Shown here: one piece after another, positions 1-9,928 of the stretch
Position numbering within the stretch: the first letter of the stretch is position 1
Layout of the letters: each line of letters opens with the position of its first letter
From: Longimicrobiales bacterium
GTDB lineage: Bacteria > Gemmatimonadota > Gemmatimonadetes > Longimicrobiales > Gaopeijiaceae
DNA length: 64,000 nucleotides
Direction of reading: 5' to 3'
NCBI GenBank assembly: GCA_965203485.1
Contig: OZ241892.1
Span: forward strand, 256,001 to 320,000
Made by a program: the position numbers and the translations under genes
The notes under the pieces: model-generated
Databases searched by the model: none
Told to the model about the DNA's origin: nothing
The model's input: only the letters and a program-made list of their open reading frames with translations

Positions 1-249
1 GGCGCCAAGGCCATCGCCGCGGGCGGCCAGATCATCCACGAAGTCGGCGGCGCGCGCATGGGCGAGACGTCGAACGATTCGGTGCTCAACCAGTATTGCC
101 AGTCTTGGGACGTGTCCAACCTGTTCGTGACCGACGGGGCCTGCTTCGTCTCGAACGCCGACAAGAACCCGACCCTTTCGATCCTGGCCATCGCGTGGCG
201 GGCGGCCGACTACATCGTGGACCAGCTGACGACCCGGAGCATCGGATGA
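1..249 (+). CDS. GMC-family oxidoreductase, C-terminal part (5' end outside window)
   Basis: Open frame from base 1: IIHEVGGARMG...VLNQYCQSWDVSNLFVTDGACFVSNADKNPTLSILAIAWRAADYI, typical GMC C-terminus. Confidence 0.9.
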   Translation, partial: GAKAIAAGGQIIHEVGGARMGETSNDSVLNQYCQSWDVSNLFVTDGACFVSNADKNPTLSILAIAWRAADYIVDQLTTRSIG

Positions 250-998
250 GCGCCGGCGGGCGAGGGTCGGCGCCGGCGGTGGGGTCGGGCGACGCGCCGG
301 AGCGGGCATTGGGCGACAGCTCCGCAGGAGGCATGACGCGGCGCACCGCGCTCAAGGTGATGGCGACCACCACGGCGCTGGGCGGAGCTGGCGGTGTTGC
401 CTGCGCGCCCGAGGCCGAGCCGTCGGCCCACGAGTCGCTATCTGGTTTCCAGCCGCTCCCGCCGCGCAACCCCTTGGCGGCGGGAACCCCCACGGATCCC
501 GACTTGCTGGCCCCGTCCGTCCCTTGGGAGTTCGTGCTGACCGCCGAAGAGCGCCGCCTCGCCTCGGTCCTGGCCGACGTGATCCTGCCCGGCGACGACC
601 GTTCCCCGTCGGCCAGCGCCGTCGGCGTGGTGGACTACGTGGACGAGTTCGTCTCCGCGCCCGGCCACGAGGAACTGCTCGCGATGGTGCGTGGCGGCTT
701 GGTCTGGCTCAACCGGACGGCCCAGGAGCGCTTCGGCGCAGGCTTCGCCGAGATATTGGCCGGCCAGCAACGCGAGATCTGCGACGAAATCTGCTTCGAG
801 CCCGCCGCTCCGCCGCTTCTGAAGCCCCAGGCGCGTTTCTTCGACCTCTTCCGCGACGTCGTCTCAACCGGCTTCTGGACCACCGACGAGGGCATGCGCG
901 ACCTCGGCTACGTCGGCAACGTGCCGTTGCCCAGCTTCGACGGCCCGCCCCCCGAAGTGCTGGAGCCGCTGGGACTGTCGGGGGAGGACTTGGAGTAG
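246..998 (+). CDS. Gluconate 2-dehydrogenase subunit 3-like protein with Tat signal
   Basis: ATGA overlap with GMC stop; MTRRTALK twin-arginine motif; LADVILP..PSASAVGVVDYVDE and GFWTTDEGMRDLGYVGN. Confidence 0.8.
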   Translation: MSAGGRGSAPAVGSGDAPERALGDSSAGGMTRRTALKVMATTTALGGAGGVACAPEAEPSAHESLSGFQPLPPRNPLAAGTPTDPDLLAPSVPWEFVLTAEERRLASVLADVILPGDDRSPSASAVGVVDYVDEFVSAPGHEELLAMVRGGLVWLNRTAQERFGAGFAEILAGQQREICDEICFEPAAPPLLKPQARFFDLFRDVVSTGFWTTDEGMRDLGYVGNVPLPSFDGPPPEVLEPLGLSGEDLE

Positions 999-1112
999 GC
1001 CCAGGTGGCACGCCGTTGCCGGCTTGCGAAAGACTTGTTTTAGCTTGGGGCCTTAAAGTTTAATAGCGCGATTCGCCATTCAAGCCGCCTTTACTAAAGG
1101 AGGCTCGGGGCC

Positions 1113-2285
1113 ATGAGCCGAAGGAAGACTGGTCGGTACGAGACCACGGCGGCCGGGGGCGAGCGAGTCCGCGCCTTCGTCCCGGCGCCGTTGCCGCCGA
1201 AGCCCCGTCTGCTCCTCGACGGGCCGCTCCTGAGACGGCTGGAATCGGCAACTCTTGCGCTAGGCCGGTTGGACAGCGTCTCGGCCCTTCTCCCCGACGA
1301 GGCCCTCTTCATCTACTCGTACGTCCGCAAGGAAGCCGTCCTCTCCTCCCAGATCGAAGGCACCCAGTCCTCCCTCTCCGACCTCTTGCTCTTCGAGTCG
1401 GGAGAGACGCCGGGAATCCCACGCGACGACGTCCTTGAAGTTTCCAACTACGTTGCCGCCCTCGACCACGGCCTGCGTCGCCTGAAAGAGGGCTTCCCCT
1501 TGTCCAACCGCTTGATCCGGGAGGCTCACGGCGTCCTTCTGTCCACGGGCGGGCAAGCCCGGGCGACTCCCGGCGAGTTCCGGCGCTCGCAAAACTGGGT
1601 CGGGGGTTCCAGACCGGGAAACGCCGTGTTCGTGCCCCCGCCTCACACCGCGGTGCAGGACTGCATGGCGGACCTGGAGCGCTTCCTTCACGCCGAAGAC
1701 GACGGCCTCCCCACACTGGTCCGGGCGGGGCTTGCCCATGTCCAGTTCGAGACGATCCACCCCTTCCTCGACGGCAACGGGCGCGTGGGGCGCCTCCTCG
1801 TCACCCTCCTGCTGAGCCACGCCGGCGTGCTGCGCCAACCGCTTCTCTACCTGAGCCTCTTCCTGAAGCGGCATCGCCAAGAGTACTACAGACTGCTCGA
1901 CCACGTGCGGCAAACGGGCGACTGGGAGGCGTGGCTCGCGTTCTTCCTGGAAGGAGTCGAGACCACGGCGGAGGGCGCCGTCGAGACGGCCCGGCAACTT
2001 CACGGAATCTTCCGGCGCGACTACGACCGCATCAGCGCCGTCGCGGGGCGTCGAACCGGATCGACCCTGCAAGTGCACGAAGTCCTCAAGGCCAAGTTGG
2101 TCGTGTCGATCAGGGGTGCTGCGAACATCACCGGCCTGACGTTTCCCACGGTCTCTCGGGCGATGCAGCTTCTGGTCGAGCGCGGCATCGCCCGAGAGGT
2201 GACCGGAGCGCCGCGCAATCGTCTGTACGTCTACGGGGAGTACATGGAGGCGCTGAACGAGGGGGTGGACGAGCCGCCGGCGTGA
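1113..2285 (+). CDS. Fic family protein (Fic_N + Fic + C-terminal HTH)
   Basis: HPFLDGNGRVGR motif; EAVLSSQIEGTQS; AAAGGAGG RBS upstream. Confidence 0.93.
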   Translation: MSRRKTGRYETTAAGGERVRAFVPAPLPPKPRLLLDGPLLRRLESATLALGRLDSVSALLPDEALFIYSYVRKEAVLSSQIEGTQSSLSDLLLFESGETPGIPRDDVLEVSNYVAALDHGLRRLKEGFPLSNRLIREAHGVLLSTGGQARATPGEFRRSQNWVGGSRPGNAVFVPPPHTAVQDCMADLERFLHAEDDGLPTLVRAGLAHVQFETIHPFLDGNGRVGRLLVTLLLSHAGVLRQPLLYLSLFLKRHRQEYYRLLDHVRQTGDWEAWLAFFLEGVETTAEGAVETARQLHGIFRRDYDRISAVAGRRTGSTLQVHEVLKAKLVVSIRGAANITGLTFPTVSRAMQLLVERGIAREVTGAPRNRLYVYGEYMEALNEGVDEPPA

Positions 2286-2417
2286 GCTGGGTTGCGACTG
2301 TTTGCGGGACGCGGCTGGCGGAGCCGCCCGAAATGGTTGACGGAGTCCCACCATCCCATTAAGTTGAATGCCTTGATCATCGGACACACGGCCCGCCCAA
2401 GGGCACCCGACGCAAGC

Positions 2418-2890
2418 ATGAAGAAAGACATCGAGAGCTACGCGCACCGCGACAAGGAGCGCGCCAACAAACCGCCGGTCGGCCTGGTGACGCCCGCCAC
2501 GGACAAGGACGCCGGCAAGAAGACCTACGCCCACGACCCCCACATCGATCCCGAACTCTCGTGGGCGGGCAAGGCCGAGCACATGTCGTTCGAGGTCCCG
2601 ACCGTCTCGCTCCATGTCCACGAGCGGATCGACCCGCGCACCATCGTGGAAGCGGTCCGCAAGCGCAACGGCGACACGGCTCGCAGAACTCCCTGTTCGA
2701 GGACCCCGCCAAGAACCCCCCGATCCGGCAGGCCATCGACTTCTACCGCCACCGACACAACTGGACCAACCGCCTCGTCGCCGGCGACAGCCTGCTGGTC
2801 ATGAACAGCCTGCTGGAGAAGGAAGGCCTGGGCGGCAAGGTGCAGATGGTGTACATGGACTCGCCCTACGGGATTCGGTACGGGTCCTTC
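2418..2890 (+). pseudogene. Type III RM Mod DNA methyltransferase, N-terminal fragment
   Basis: MKKDIESYAHRDKERANKPPVGLV...HVHERIDPRTIVEAVRKRNG, frameshift near 2680, then NWTNRLVAGDSLLVMNSLLEKEGLGGKVQMVYMDSPYGIRYGS (DPPY reads DSPY); similarity ends about 2890. Confidence 0.82.
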
Positions 2891-3197
2891 TGGTGGATCG
2901 GTTTCGCGACAGTAGCCCGGACGCCCGAGAATCTCGATCTTTCGGCTCCCCGAGCTCCTTTCCCTCGATTGCCGGGCGTTGACGGACGAGCAGATCGACC
3001 GGGCGAACGCCATGTTCGACGAGTTCGTGCAGATCGACCTGCTCCCCGCAAGCCTACCGAGACGACAGGAACTCCACGTCGCCATCCTCTGCGACCTGCT
3101 CGGCATGCTTGAGAGCATCTTGGAGCCGCTTGCGACCGTGCGCCTCGCATGGTGCTCGGAGCCGACAGTGCACGGCGGTGAGAGTACGAGACCATGA
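2890..3197 (+). pseudogene. C-terminal remnant of another gene, probably a large RM methyltransferase/type IIG protein
   Basis: LTDEQIDRANAMFDEF...LLGMLESILEPLATVRLAWCSEPTVHGGESTRP resembles such C-termini; no intact 5' part. Confidence 0.45.
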
Positions 3198-4297
3198 GTG
3201 CAGAATCTACCACCGCGGAACAACACATCGAAACGTTGATGAACATGCTGTTGGGCCTGCGCCAGCCGGGGGAGCCACCCGATCACAGAGATGCCAAATT
3301 TTGGATTTGCCTTTCCCTTACCAACTACGCATGGGTTGTTTTTCCCGAAGAATCACACTTCATGTGTGCTTTACATATTCCACAATCCGATGATTTTTCG
3401 ATTTTCTGCTCTGATGAAACTGCCGATGATGCCAAGCAAAGAATCAACAACTTGGTCCCCACCGAAATGCAGAAATGGTACCCATGCAGTAGTCGAGATC
3501 ACGCGGTTGCACTATTGCATTTTTTCGAGCTGACACGATATCACTTGAGATGGGGCGGAGTTCATCGTGGATTATGGAAAAATGCTCCATTTACAGGAAA
3601 GACTACCCCGCCCGGCACCTCTAATAAACTTGGCCTCCGATATGGTCATCCCACCGAAAAGTGGCCAGCAAGTGAAACTATATCGATTTGGGCCGGTGCT
3701 ACGCATGTTTTAGATACAGCAATCAACGATCCAACACTCGCCAACAACACTAATCTTCTAGACAACCCACACGTCAAAGAAAGCATCAGCATGTTTTGTC
3801 GACCACTGATCGGACGGGATCGACCTCAAGGTCTACTGACATATCTGAACACCAGCTTTAGGGAACATCAGCCTCTGCTCGAACTGTGGATGAAAATCAT
3901 CCGCAAAATACGAAACAACTGCATAGCTCATCTCCCAAACAAGAGTTTCGTACTCGACCGATTTGGCATTCAGGAATGTATAGCCACCCGCACCTTGATC
4001 TCACAGGCAAAGGTTGCATGGGAACAAGCGAATGTACCCATCCCGGAACAAGTATATGATATATCCCCGGACGATGTGGTAAATCTGGGTTTTGCTGTAG
4101 CGATAAACACGAAAAGACCGGATCTAACAACAACCCTTGGAGACACATTCCAGGATGCTATTAGCATTCTTAATGTGCGCAAGTGCTTTGAGAATGGAAA
4201 CCACACAGAAATGTACAAGGAGTTGGCGAGACTTGGCGCACGATATGTCTTGAAATACAACCGTCGTGTGGAACATTCTCAAGATGCGGTACGCTAA
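3194..4297 (+). CDS. Low-GC hypothetical protein with HEPN-like motif
   Basis: 367 aa ORF, visibly AT-richer than flanks; KIRNNCIAH fits R-x4-6-H. Confidence 0.6.
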   Translation: MSAESTTAEQHIETLMNMLLGLRQPGEPPDHRDAKFWICLSLTNYAWVVFPEESHFMCALHIPQSDDFSIFCSDETADDAKQRINNLVPTEMQKWYPCSSRDHAVALLHFFELTRYHLRWGGVHRGLWKNAPFTGKTTPPGTSNKLGLRYGHPTEKWPASETISIWAGATHVLDTAINDPTLANNTNLLDNPHVKESISMFCRPLIGRDRPQGLLTYLNTSFREHQPLLELWMKIIRKIRNNCIAHLPNKSFVLDRFGIQECIATRTLISQAKVAWEQANVPIPEQVYDISPDDVVNLGFAVAINTKRPDLTTTLGDTFQDAISILNVRKCFENGNHTEMYKELARLGARYVLKYNRRVEHSQDAVR

Positions 4298-4523
4298 ATA
4301 TTGCATGGTGAGAAGCAAGATGCATTCATACGAGCATACCAGCATTACAAACAGGCCGGAGATTCAAATCCAATCCAAAGTGCATTAAAGACGACTACCC
4401 CAGCCCCACGGAGAAGCGGTACATCGGGGTCGAGTCGCGCAGGCGCATGAACATCCGGCCGTAGAGGCTACGCGAGAAGAAGACCTTCGATCCGCACCGT
4501 CGGTGCCGATCCCCATGCTCGTA

Positions 4524-5380
4524 GAACCTATCTCAAAAAGCCGAGATGGTTGAAGAAGATGCAGATGGCGGACAGTTGAACGAACGCCAGGAAGTTCTCG
4601 GGATGATATTCCCAACGGACCAACAGCCGGCGCTTCCACTGCATCCACCCGAAGAACCGCTCGACAATCCATCGTCGCTTCGCCCGCCGACGCCGACGAC
4701 CGTCCTGCGTCCGCGGCCGCGTTCGATTGCGCCGGTGCGGCGCGACCATCTCGATGCCTCGCGCACGCAAGGCCGCGTCCAGCGGGTCGCTGTCGTACGC
4801 CTTGTCGCCGATCAAGTTTGCCGGCGTGTCGTCCGTGAACGCCAAGTCCAGCGACAACTGGACGAGCGTCGCCTCGTGAGGATTCGCAGGATGCGTGCTC
4901 AACGACAGCGGAAGACCGCAACGGTCCACGACCGCCATGATCTTCACGCCCTTGCCCGCCTTGGTGTTTCCCACGCCCGCCCCGCCTCCCTTCGCCCGCG
5001 CGAACGACGCGTCCACGCATGCCTCCGTGCCGTCGAAGAGACCCCGTTGCCTCGCTTCCCCCGCCAAGTCCCTCAGCACCCGTTCGAGCACTCCCGTCCG
5101 GACCCAAGTCTGGACCCTCCGGTGCACGGTCTTGTAGTTCGGATAGTGTTGCGGCAGAAAGCTCCACTGGGCGCCCGTGTGCAGAATCCACAGCACAGCC
5201 TCGAACACGCGCCGGGCGGGCACCGGCGGCCGCCCCAGCCGCTTCCCCTTTTGCGCTTCCTCGGGAAAGTGGTGGCGAATCCGCTCCCACTGCTCGTCGC
5301 TCAGCTTCACCGTCGTCATGCCTCGAAGATGAACAACTCCCCGGCCCATCGCAACCCATCATGCTTTTTGAGATAGGCTC
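4524..5380 (-). mobile_element. IS5-family insertion sequence, apparently complete (857 bp)
   Basis: TIRs GAACCTATCTCAAAAAG / CTTTTTGAGATAGGCTC (1 mismatch) with TA on both flanks (4522-4523, 5381-5382). Confidence 0.9.
4528..5349 (-). CDS. IS5-family DDE transposase
   Basis: [48 protein letters not shown]; start codon uncertain. Confidence 0.92.
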   Translation of the reverse strand: MGRGVVHLRGMTTVKLSDEQWERIRHHFPEEAQKGKRLGRPPVPARRVFEAVLWILHTGAQWSFLPQHYPNYKTVHRRVQTWVRTGVLERVLRDLAGEARQRGLFDGTEACVDASFARAKGGGAGVGNTKAGKGVKIMAVVDRCGLPLSLSTHPANPHEATLVQLSLDLAFTDDTPANLIGDKAYDSDPLDAALRARGIEMVAPHRRNRTRPRTQDGRRRRRAKRRWIVERFFGWMQWKRRLLVRWEYHPENFLAFVQLSAICIFFNHLGFLR

Positions 5381-5527
5381 TAGGCATAGTCCTCGGCGAG
5401 GCCAAGCCACCGGTTCACTGCCGCATCATTCCAGTCCGACATCGCAAACTCCGGGAAGTCGGACCGAAATGACGCTAGCAGCTCATGGTCCTCCATGTGC
5501 TACTTCTTCGGAGGTGGCGTTGGCTCC

Positions 5528-5800
5528 GGCGTCGACCGTCTTCGCCGCGCTGGAGTCCGGCGGTCACGACAAGATCGCCACTTGGATGCTCGACCCAGAC
5601 TACGACGGACGAAGCCTCTTGCCCCGCCAAGTGTTCTTCCCGGCCGGCAACGCCCGCCACGACTGGAATCGCCTGGCGAAGAACCTCAAGGCCAAGATTG
5701 ACCCGAGCCTGATCGAAACCTACCGCGGCACCGTTTCCCTGTCGTTCAAGGACGGCAAGTACGGCCACTGCGCCGTCAAGATTGTGGCCGATCGTGGCAT
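5528..5800 (+). pseudogene. Type III RM Mod methyltransferase, C-terminal fragment
   Basis: DKIATWMLDPDYDGRSLLPRQVFFP...LAKNLKAKID..IETYRGTVSLSF...AVKIVADRG, the C-terminus expected for the family seen at 2418. Confidence 0.75.
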
Positions 5801-5894
5801 GCCCACCGAGGGTCCTTCTGGACAGCAAGACGCTGGAGGACATGGCAAGATCACATCCGAGAGCACCCTGCTGACGGCTGGAGGGCGAATTGAG

Positions 5895-6465
5895 CGCTGC
5901 GCATCGTGAGGAAGTCCTCCAACGAAGCCACGGCGCGCCTCGGGTCCGACATGTCGGGCTGGTAGGCCTGCAAGTGCGGCCACGCAGGGGAATCGACACC
6001 GGGCAACAACTCCTCGTCCACGGCGATGCCGAACGCCACGGACATCACGCTCTTGGTGACGGACTGTAGCGTGTGAAGGCCGGTGTCGCGGTAGAAGGGG
6101 TGCCAAGCGGGGTGGTCGTAGTTGTACCGGTGGTTGGCCGTGTCCTCTTGCGCGGTCAGGAGCGCAAACGTACCGGGCGGCGTGGTCCCAGTTGCGGTCG
6201 ACGATGACGCGGCCGTGGCGGACGAGGAGGAAGTGATCGATCAGGCCGTAGCACCCAGCGTTGATGTCGACCAAGAGCGAATCGACGGCGGCCGGGTCTA
6301 CGCCCTCGGCTTCGGGGGTAGCGCCGGGCCACTGGCTCGCTGGTTGCTGGTCCGCGTCGGAGGGATGGCATGCGAGTGCCACTGCCGCGAGGCGAGAGCG
6401 AGAGCATAGGCGGGGACGAAGGACGGCGGGCCGGGCCGGACGGGACTCGGGTTTGGCTTGCTCAT
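5895..6465 (-). pseudogene. Serine hydrolase (beta-lactamase-like) fragment
   Basis: Frameshifted pieces WPGATPEAEGVD..HFLLVRHG and LHTLQSVTKSVMS (SxxK)...LEDFLTMR; 3' half missing. Confidence 0.75.
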
Positions 6466-6672
6466 GGCGAATCCCTTTGGATGTGGAGGGGTTCCGGCCG
6501 ACGTGACCGCCGGCCAAGTGCGTGAAGTCTGAGACGAAATCTGTTGCGAGCCGACCGCCTCGCCGTAGCTTGGAGGCAACAGGTGCGGAGGCTACCTTCG
6601 CACGTCGCCGTCCATGCGGGTAGCGTCCCTCGGTCAACCCCCTTGCCCCTGGAGATTACGGAGCGAGAGCTG

Positions 6673-6900
6673 ATGTTGACCAGACTCACGTCCGACAACC
6701 AACTTACGTTGCCCGAGGCCGTAGCCGACAGACTTTGAGGGTACGGAGCACCTTGAGGTAGCCCTGGAGGCCGACCGCCTCGTCTTGACGCCTGTGCAGG
6801 TTGTTCGCGCCGTTGCGGTTCGTGCCAATCTGGCCGAGATGGGCATCACCGAAGAGGATGTTGCCGACGCCGTGAAGTGGGCGCGCAGTTCCGTTGCTGA
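6673..6900 (+). pseudogene. AbrB/MazE/SpoVT-type antitoxin, frameshifted; no toxin partner
   Basis: MLTRLTSDNQLTLPEAV, shift near 6730, then FEGTEHLEVALEADRLVLTPV..VRANLAEMGITEEDVADAVKWAR. Confidence 0.65.
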
Positions 6901-6922
6901 ACCGACTCTAGACGTCGCTCCA

Positions 6923-7774
6923 TCAGGTCGCCGCCCGTAGCATCACCACCTCCGTGTCCAGCCCATGGTGCGCCACGTCCAGCTGGGGCGACTCGGCGGC
7001 AAGGCCCCGGGCCGTCACGTAGGACACCCGGAAGGGGAAAAGGCCGGGTTGCCCGAGCAGCTCCCGGACGGGCCCGGCAGGCTCGCCGTCTCGGATGTGA
7101 AGAGCGGCCTCCGCCAGCCAAGCGACCAACGCTGGGGCGTGGACCCAGCATGGCTCGCCGGCAACGTATCGACCCTGCGTCTCGGTGTCGGCCAGGATTC
7201 CCCAGTCCACGAACGACCGCACGACGCGTTGCGTGGCCCGGACGACGGTGGGGCGCTCGCCGTACTGCTCCTGGACGCGGCGGTGGACCTGGGCGGCGGT
7301 GGCGACGCCCTGCAGACGGAGGAGCCGGCCGACCTGGGTTGCAACGGCGTTCCAGAAGGGGTAGGCCGCCATCGTCATGCCCCAGTGCACGGCCAAGCGC
7401 CCGGTGGACTCCGTGGTGCCCGCCGGTTCGGTGGTCACCGCCGGTTCCGTGAGCCCGGCTGACTCCATGACCTCCGCTGGCTTGGTGGCCCTCGCCAGCC
7501 TCATGCCGTCCAGAAGGCGTAGGCCGGCGTCGCGCAACGGGAGGAGTCGCGGGGGCGGTCCGCACCAGATTCGCATCAGGATGGTGATCGTCTTTTCGCG
7601 GTTGCCGCGAGGGCTGGTTCCACCCACCGACACCTTCTCTTCAAGCATCTCCGCCAGGGCCGACCAAGCCTGCGCGCGGTCGCGTCCGGCGCGCGCCAAC
7701 CCCGCCGCCTCGTCCAGCCACTCCAGTCGGAGGCGCTGGCTGAGCCCGACCGCTTGCGACGCCGGGCCGCTCAC
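6923..7774 (-). CDS. brxA: BREX type 3 BrxA
   Basis: GTGA overlap with pglZ stop; GLSQRLRLEWLD, REKTITILMRIW, HWGMTMAAYPFW, RSFVDWG, LFPF; last gene of the locus. Confidence 0.8.
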   Translation of the reverse strand: MSGPASQAVGLSQRLRLEWLDEAAGLARAGRDRAQAWSALAEMLEEKVSVGGTSPRGNREKTITILMRIWCGPPPRLLPLRDAGLRLLDGMRLARATKPAEVMESAGLTEPAVTTEPAGTTESTGRLAVHWGMTMAAYPFWNAVATQVGRLLRLQGVATAAQVHRRVQEQYGERPTVVRATQRVVRSFVDWGILADTETQGRYVAGEPCWVHAPALVAWLAEAALHIRDGEPAGPVRELLGQPGLFPFRVSYVTARGLAAESPQLDVAHHGLDTEVVMLRAAT

Positions 7775-9771
7775 GGCTCCGCCCGCTCGATGCCGACCAG
7801 CGGCACGACGACCTCCTCCAACGACGCGCCGCCGTGGGCGACCACTCGCTTCCCCTTGCGAACGAACGCGGAGCGCCCGGGAGCCAGCAGGGGCAGGTAG
7901 TCCTGGGGCAGGCCCGCCGTCGGCCACGGCCGGGCGTCCGGGAACTCGGCGGCGGCCCGCGTGCGCAACGTCGCGCTGGGATAGACGTGGACACGCTTGC
8001 CCCGAAGGTCGGCGACTCCTCCGGTGGCTGGAAGGCCGCAACCCGTCGCTTCGACGTTGCCGTGGTCGGAGGCGAGCCAGACTCGGAAGCCGTTGTCCAG
8101 GAGCAGGTCGAGGAGCGTGGCCAAGTAGGGCTCCCGCGCCCACTGACGGACTTGGCCGTGCATTCCGCGGGCGCCGAGCTCCATGCCGTGCATGATCTTG
8201 TCCACCGTGTCCACGACCAGTCCTGCGGCCCGCACTCGCGGACGAGAGATCAGGTCGGCGACGGCCTCCGGCGAACCGGCGCCCAGGTTCTTCCGGTAGA
8301 CGGCGGCGTCGGCGGCCAGGCCGCGCCCGGTCCAGTACTGACGCCACAGCGCCGGCTCTCGATCCGTGGAGTCGATGCTGCCCGGCGGGAAGTAGAAGGG
8401 CGGCTTCCCGGCGAACGCGGCTTGGCGCGACACGGACGTGATCGTGGGAATCCAGGCGAAGACGGCCCCTTCCCGGAAGCGGTAGGCGGGCCGACGGCGG
8501 GCCAGCTCCTCGCGCACCACGACCCATTGGTCCATTGACAGGCCGTCCACGACCAGCAGGGCGGCCTTGTGCTCCGGCGCGTCGTCCAAGTGTCGCGCAA
8601 GTACGCGCGGCACGTGGTGCAGCATGACGGGCGGAGAAGGCGGCAGGTTGGCCAAGCCCGCATAGCGACGCCCCAGCCACTCGGCGAAGGCGGCGTCGAC
8701 GCGGTCGTGGAGCGCGGCAAGGTTCGGCTCGGTCGTGTCGGCGGCTTCGCGTTCCGGGGACAGGGCGAGTGCCCGAGCTTCCGCCCATGTGCGGGCGAAG
8801 CGTAGCCAATCGCCGTAGCGCGCGTCCGGGTCGGGCAGGGCGTCGGCCGCCGCGTCGAGCAGGCGTTCCAGGTGCTGCGCGTCGGCGTCGTCGCCCGAGG
8901 TCCGCACTCCGGACGCAACCCAACTATCGGCGAAGGTGTCGGCGGCCGCGTGATCGACCGGTCGCAGAAACCCCTCCCGGAACAGGTTGTCGATGTAGAC
9001 GCGAACGTCGTCGTGGTCGAAGGGCAGATTCGCCGGCCCTGGGTAGGCGAAGTTGTGGTCGTGCTCCTCCGGCGTTGTCTGGGACTCGGCGGCACGGCCG
9101 AGGAAGCGAAGCCAGCGTTCTTGAAGGAACGCGAAAAAAGCGTCCGGGTCCGGCACGATCTGCTCCAGGGGCCAGTCCTCGAAGTGGCCGTCCCGGCGGA
9201 GAATCCAAACCAGGCGCTCGCCCAGCGGTGGCGGAATCGACTGGCCGCCGTGATGGATGCGGAGCAGAGCGCGAAGCAGACTCGGAGGTTCGCGCACGAG
9301 TTCGGAGGCGATCCCGAAGACATGGCGAAGAATGAAGTCCTTGGTCGCATTGTCGCCCAGAACGCCCGGCGGCTTGCCTTCCACGGCGTCGTAGAGTGCA
9401 TCGAGTTGCGTGGGATCGAGTGTCGCCACGACCGTCCGGCTCAGGGCGGGGAACAGCGCGTCGAGTCCGAGGGTCAGCGATCTCCCGGCTTGGACTACGT
9501 CGTAGGGCAGATTGGCGGCATCAAGAACGTCCATCCTCGCCACGACGACGGCCTCGATCGGCTTGCCGTCGTCCCAGTAGCGTCGGCATCTCGACTCGTA
9601 GGCGTATCGAAACGCCACGGGTTCATCGAAGACCAGCACCTCGAAGCCCCGGTGCCGAAGCTCGGCAAGGACGGCCTCGTCCAGCACCAAGCCGTCGGGG
9701 TCGGATACGACGGTCAGCCGGGAAGCTCCCGGTGGGAACTCCTTGAGGACACGGTCGCGCCAGTTGTTCAC
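7771..9771 (-). CDS. pglZ: BREX type 3 PglZ phosphatase-fold protein
   Basis: LLVVDGLSMDQW, FAWIPTITSVSRQAAFAG, ASDHGN, HGGASLEEVVVP. Confidence 0.93.
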   Translation of the reverse strand: MNNWRDRVLKEFPPGASRLTVVSDPDGLVLDEAVLAELRHRGFEVLVFDEPVAFRYAYESRCRRYWDDGKPIEAVVVARMDVLDAANLPYDVVQAGRSLTLGLDALFPALSRTVVATLDPTQLDALYDAVEGKPPGVLGDNATKDFILRHVFGIASELVREPPSLLRALLRIHHGGQSIPPPLGERLVWILRRDGHFEDWPLEQIVPDPDAFFAFLQERWLRFLGRAAESQTTPEEHDHNFAYPGPANLPFDHDDVRVYIDNLFREGFLRPVDHAAADTFADSWVASGVRTSGDDADAQHLERLLDAAADALPDPDARYGDWLRFARTWAEARALALSPEREAADTTEPNLAALHDRVDAAFAEWLGRRYAGLANLPPSPPVMLHHVPRVLARHLDDAPEHKAALLVVDGLSMDQWVVVREELARRRPAYRFREGAVFAWIPTITSVSRQAAFAGKPPFYFPPGSIDSTDREPALWRQYWTGRGLAADAAVYRKNLGAGSPEAVADLISRPRVRAAGLVVDTVDKIMHGMELGARGMHGQVRQWAREPYLATLLDLLLDNGFRVWLASDHGNVEATGCGLPATGGVADLRGKRVHVYPSATLRTRAAAEFPDARPWPTAGLPQDYLPLLAPGRSAFVRKGKRVVAHGGASLEEVVVPLVGIERAEP

Positions 9772-9928
9772 AACCCTCGAGTGCTACCAGTCACGAAGTT
9801 TCCAGAATCCGACGAGGATGATCCATCAGACTATTCGCGCCATGGGCAAGATCTGCAGTCGAAATCCCGCCTACGCCTATCCGGGGCGGTCAGTGCTTTG
9901 GTGTTCTGCACGGAAGTTCCTTGACGTG

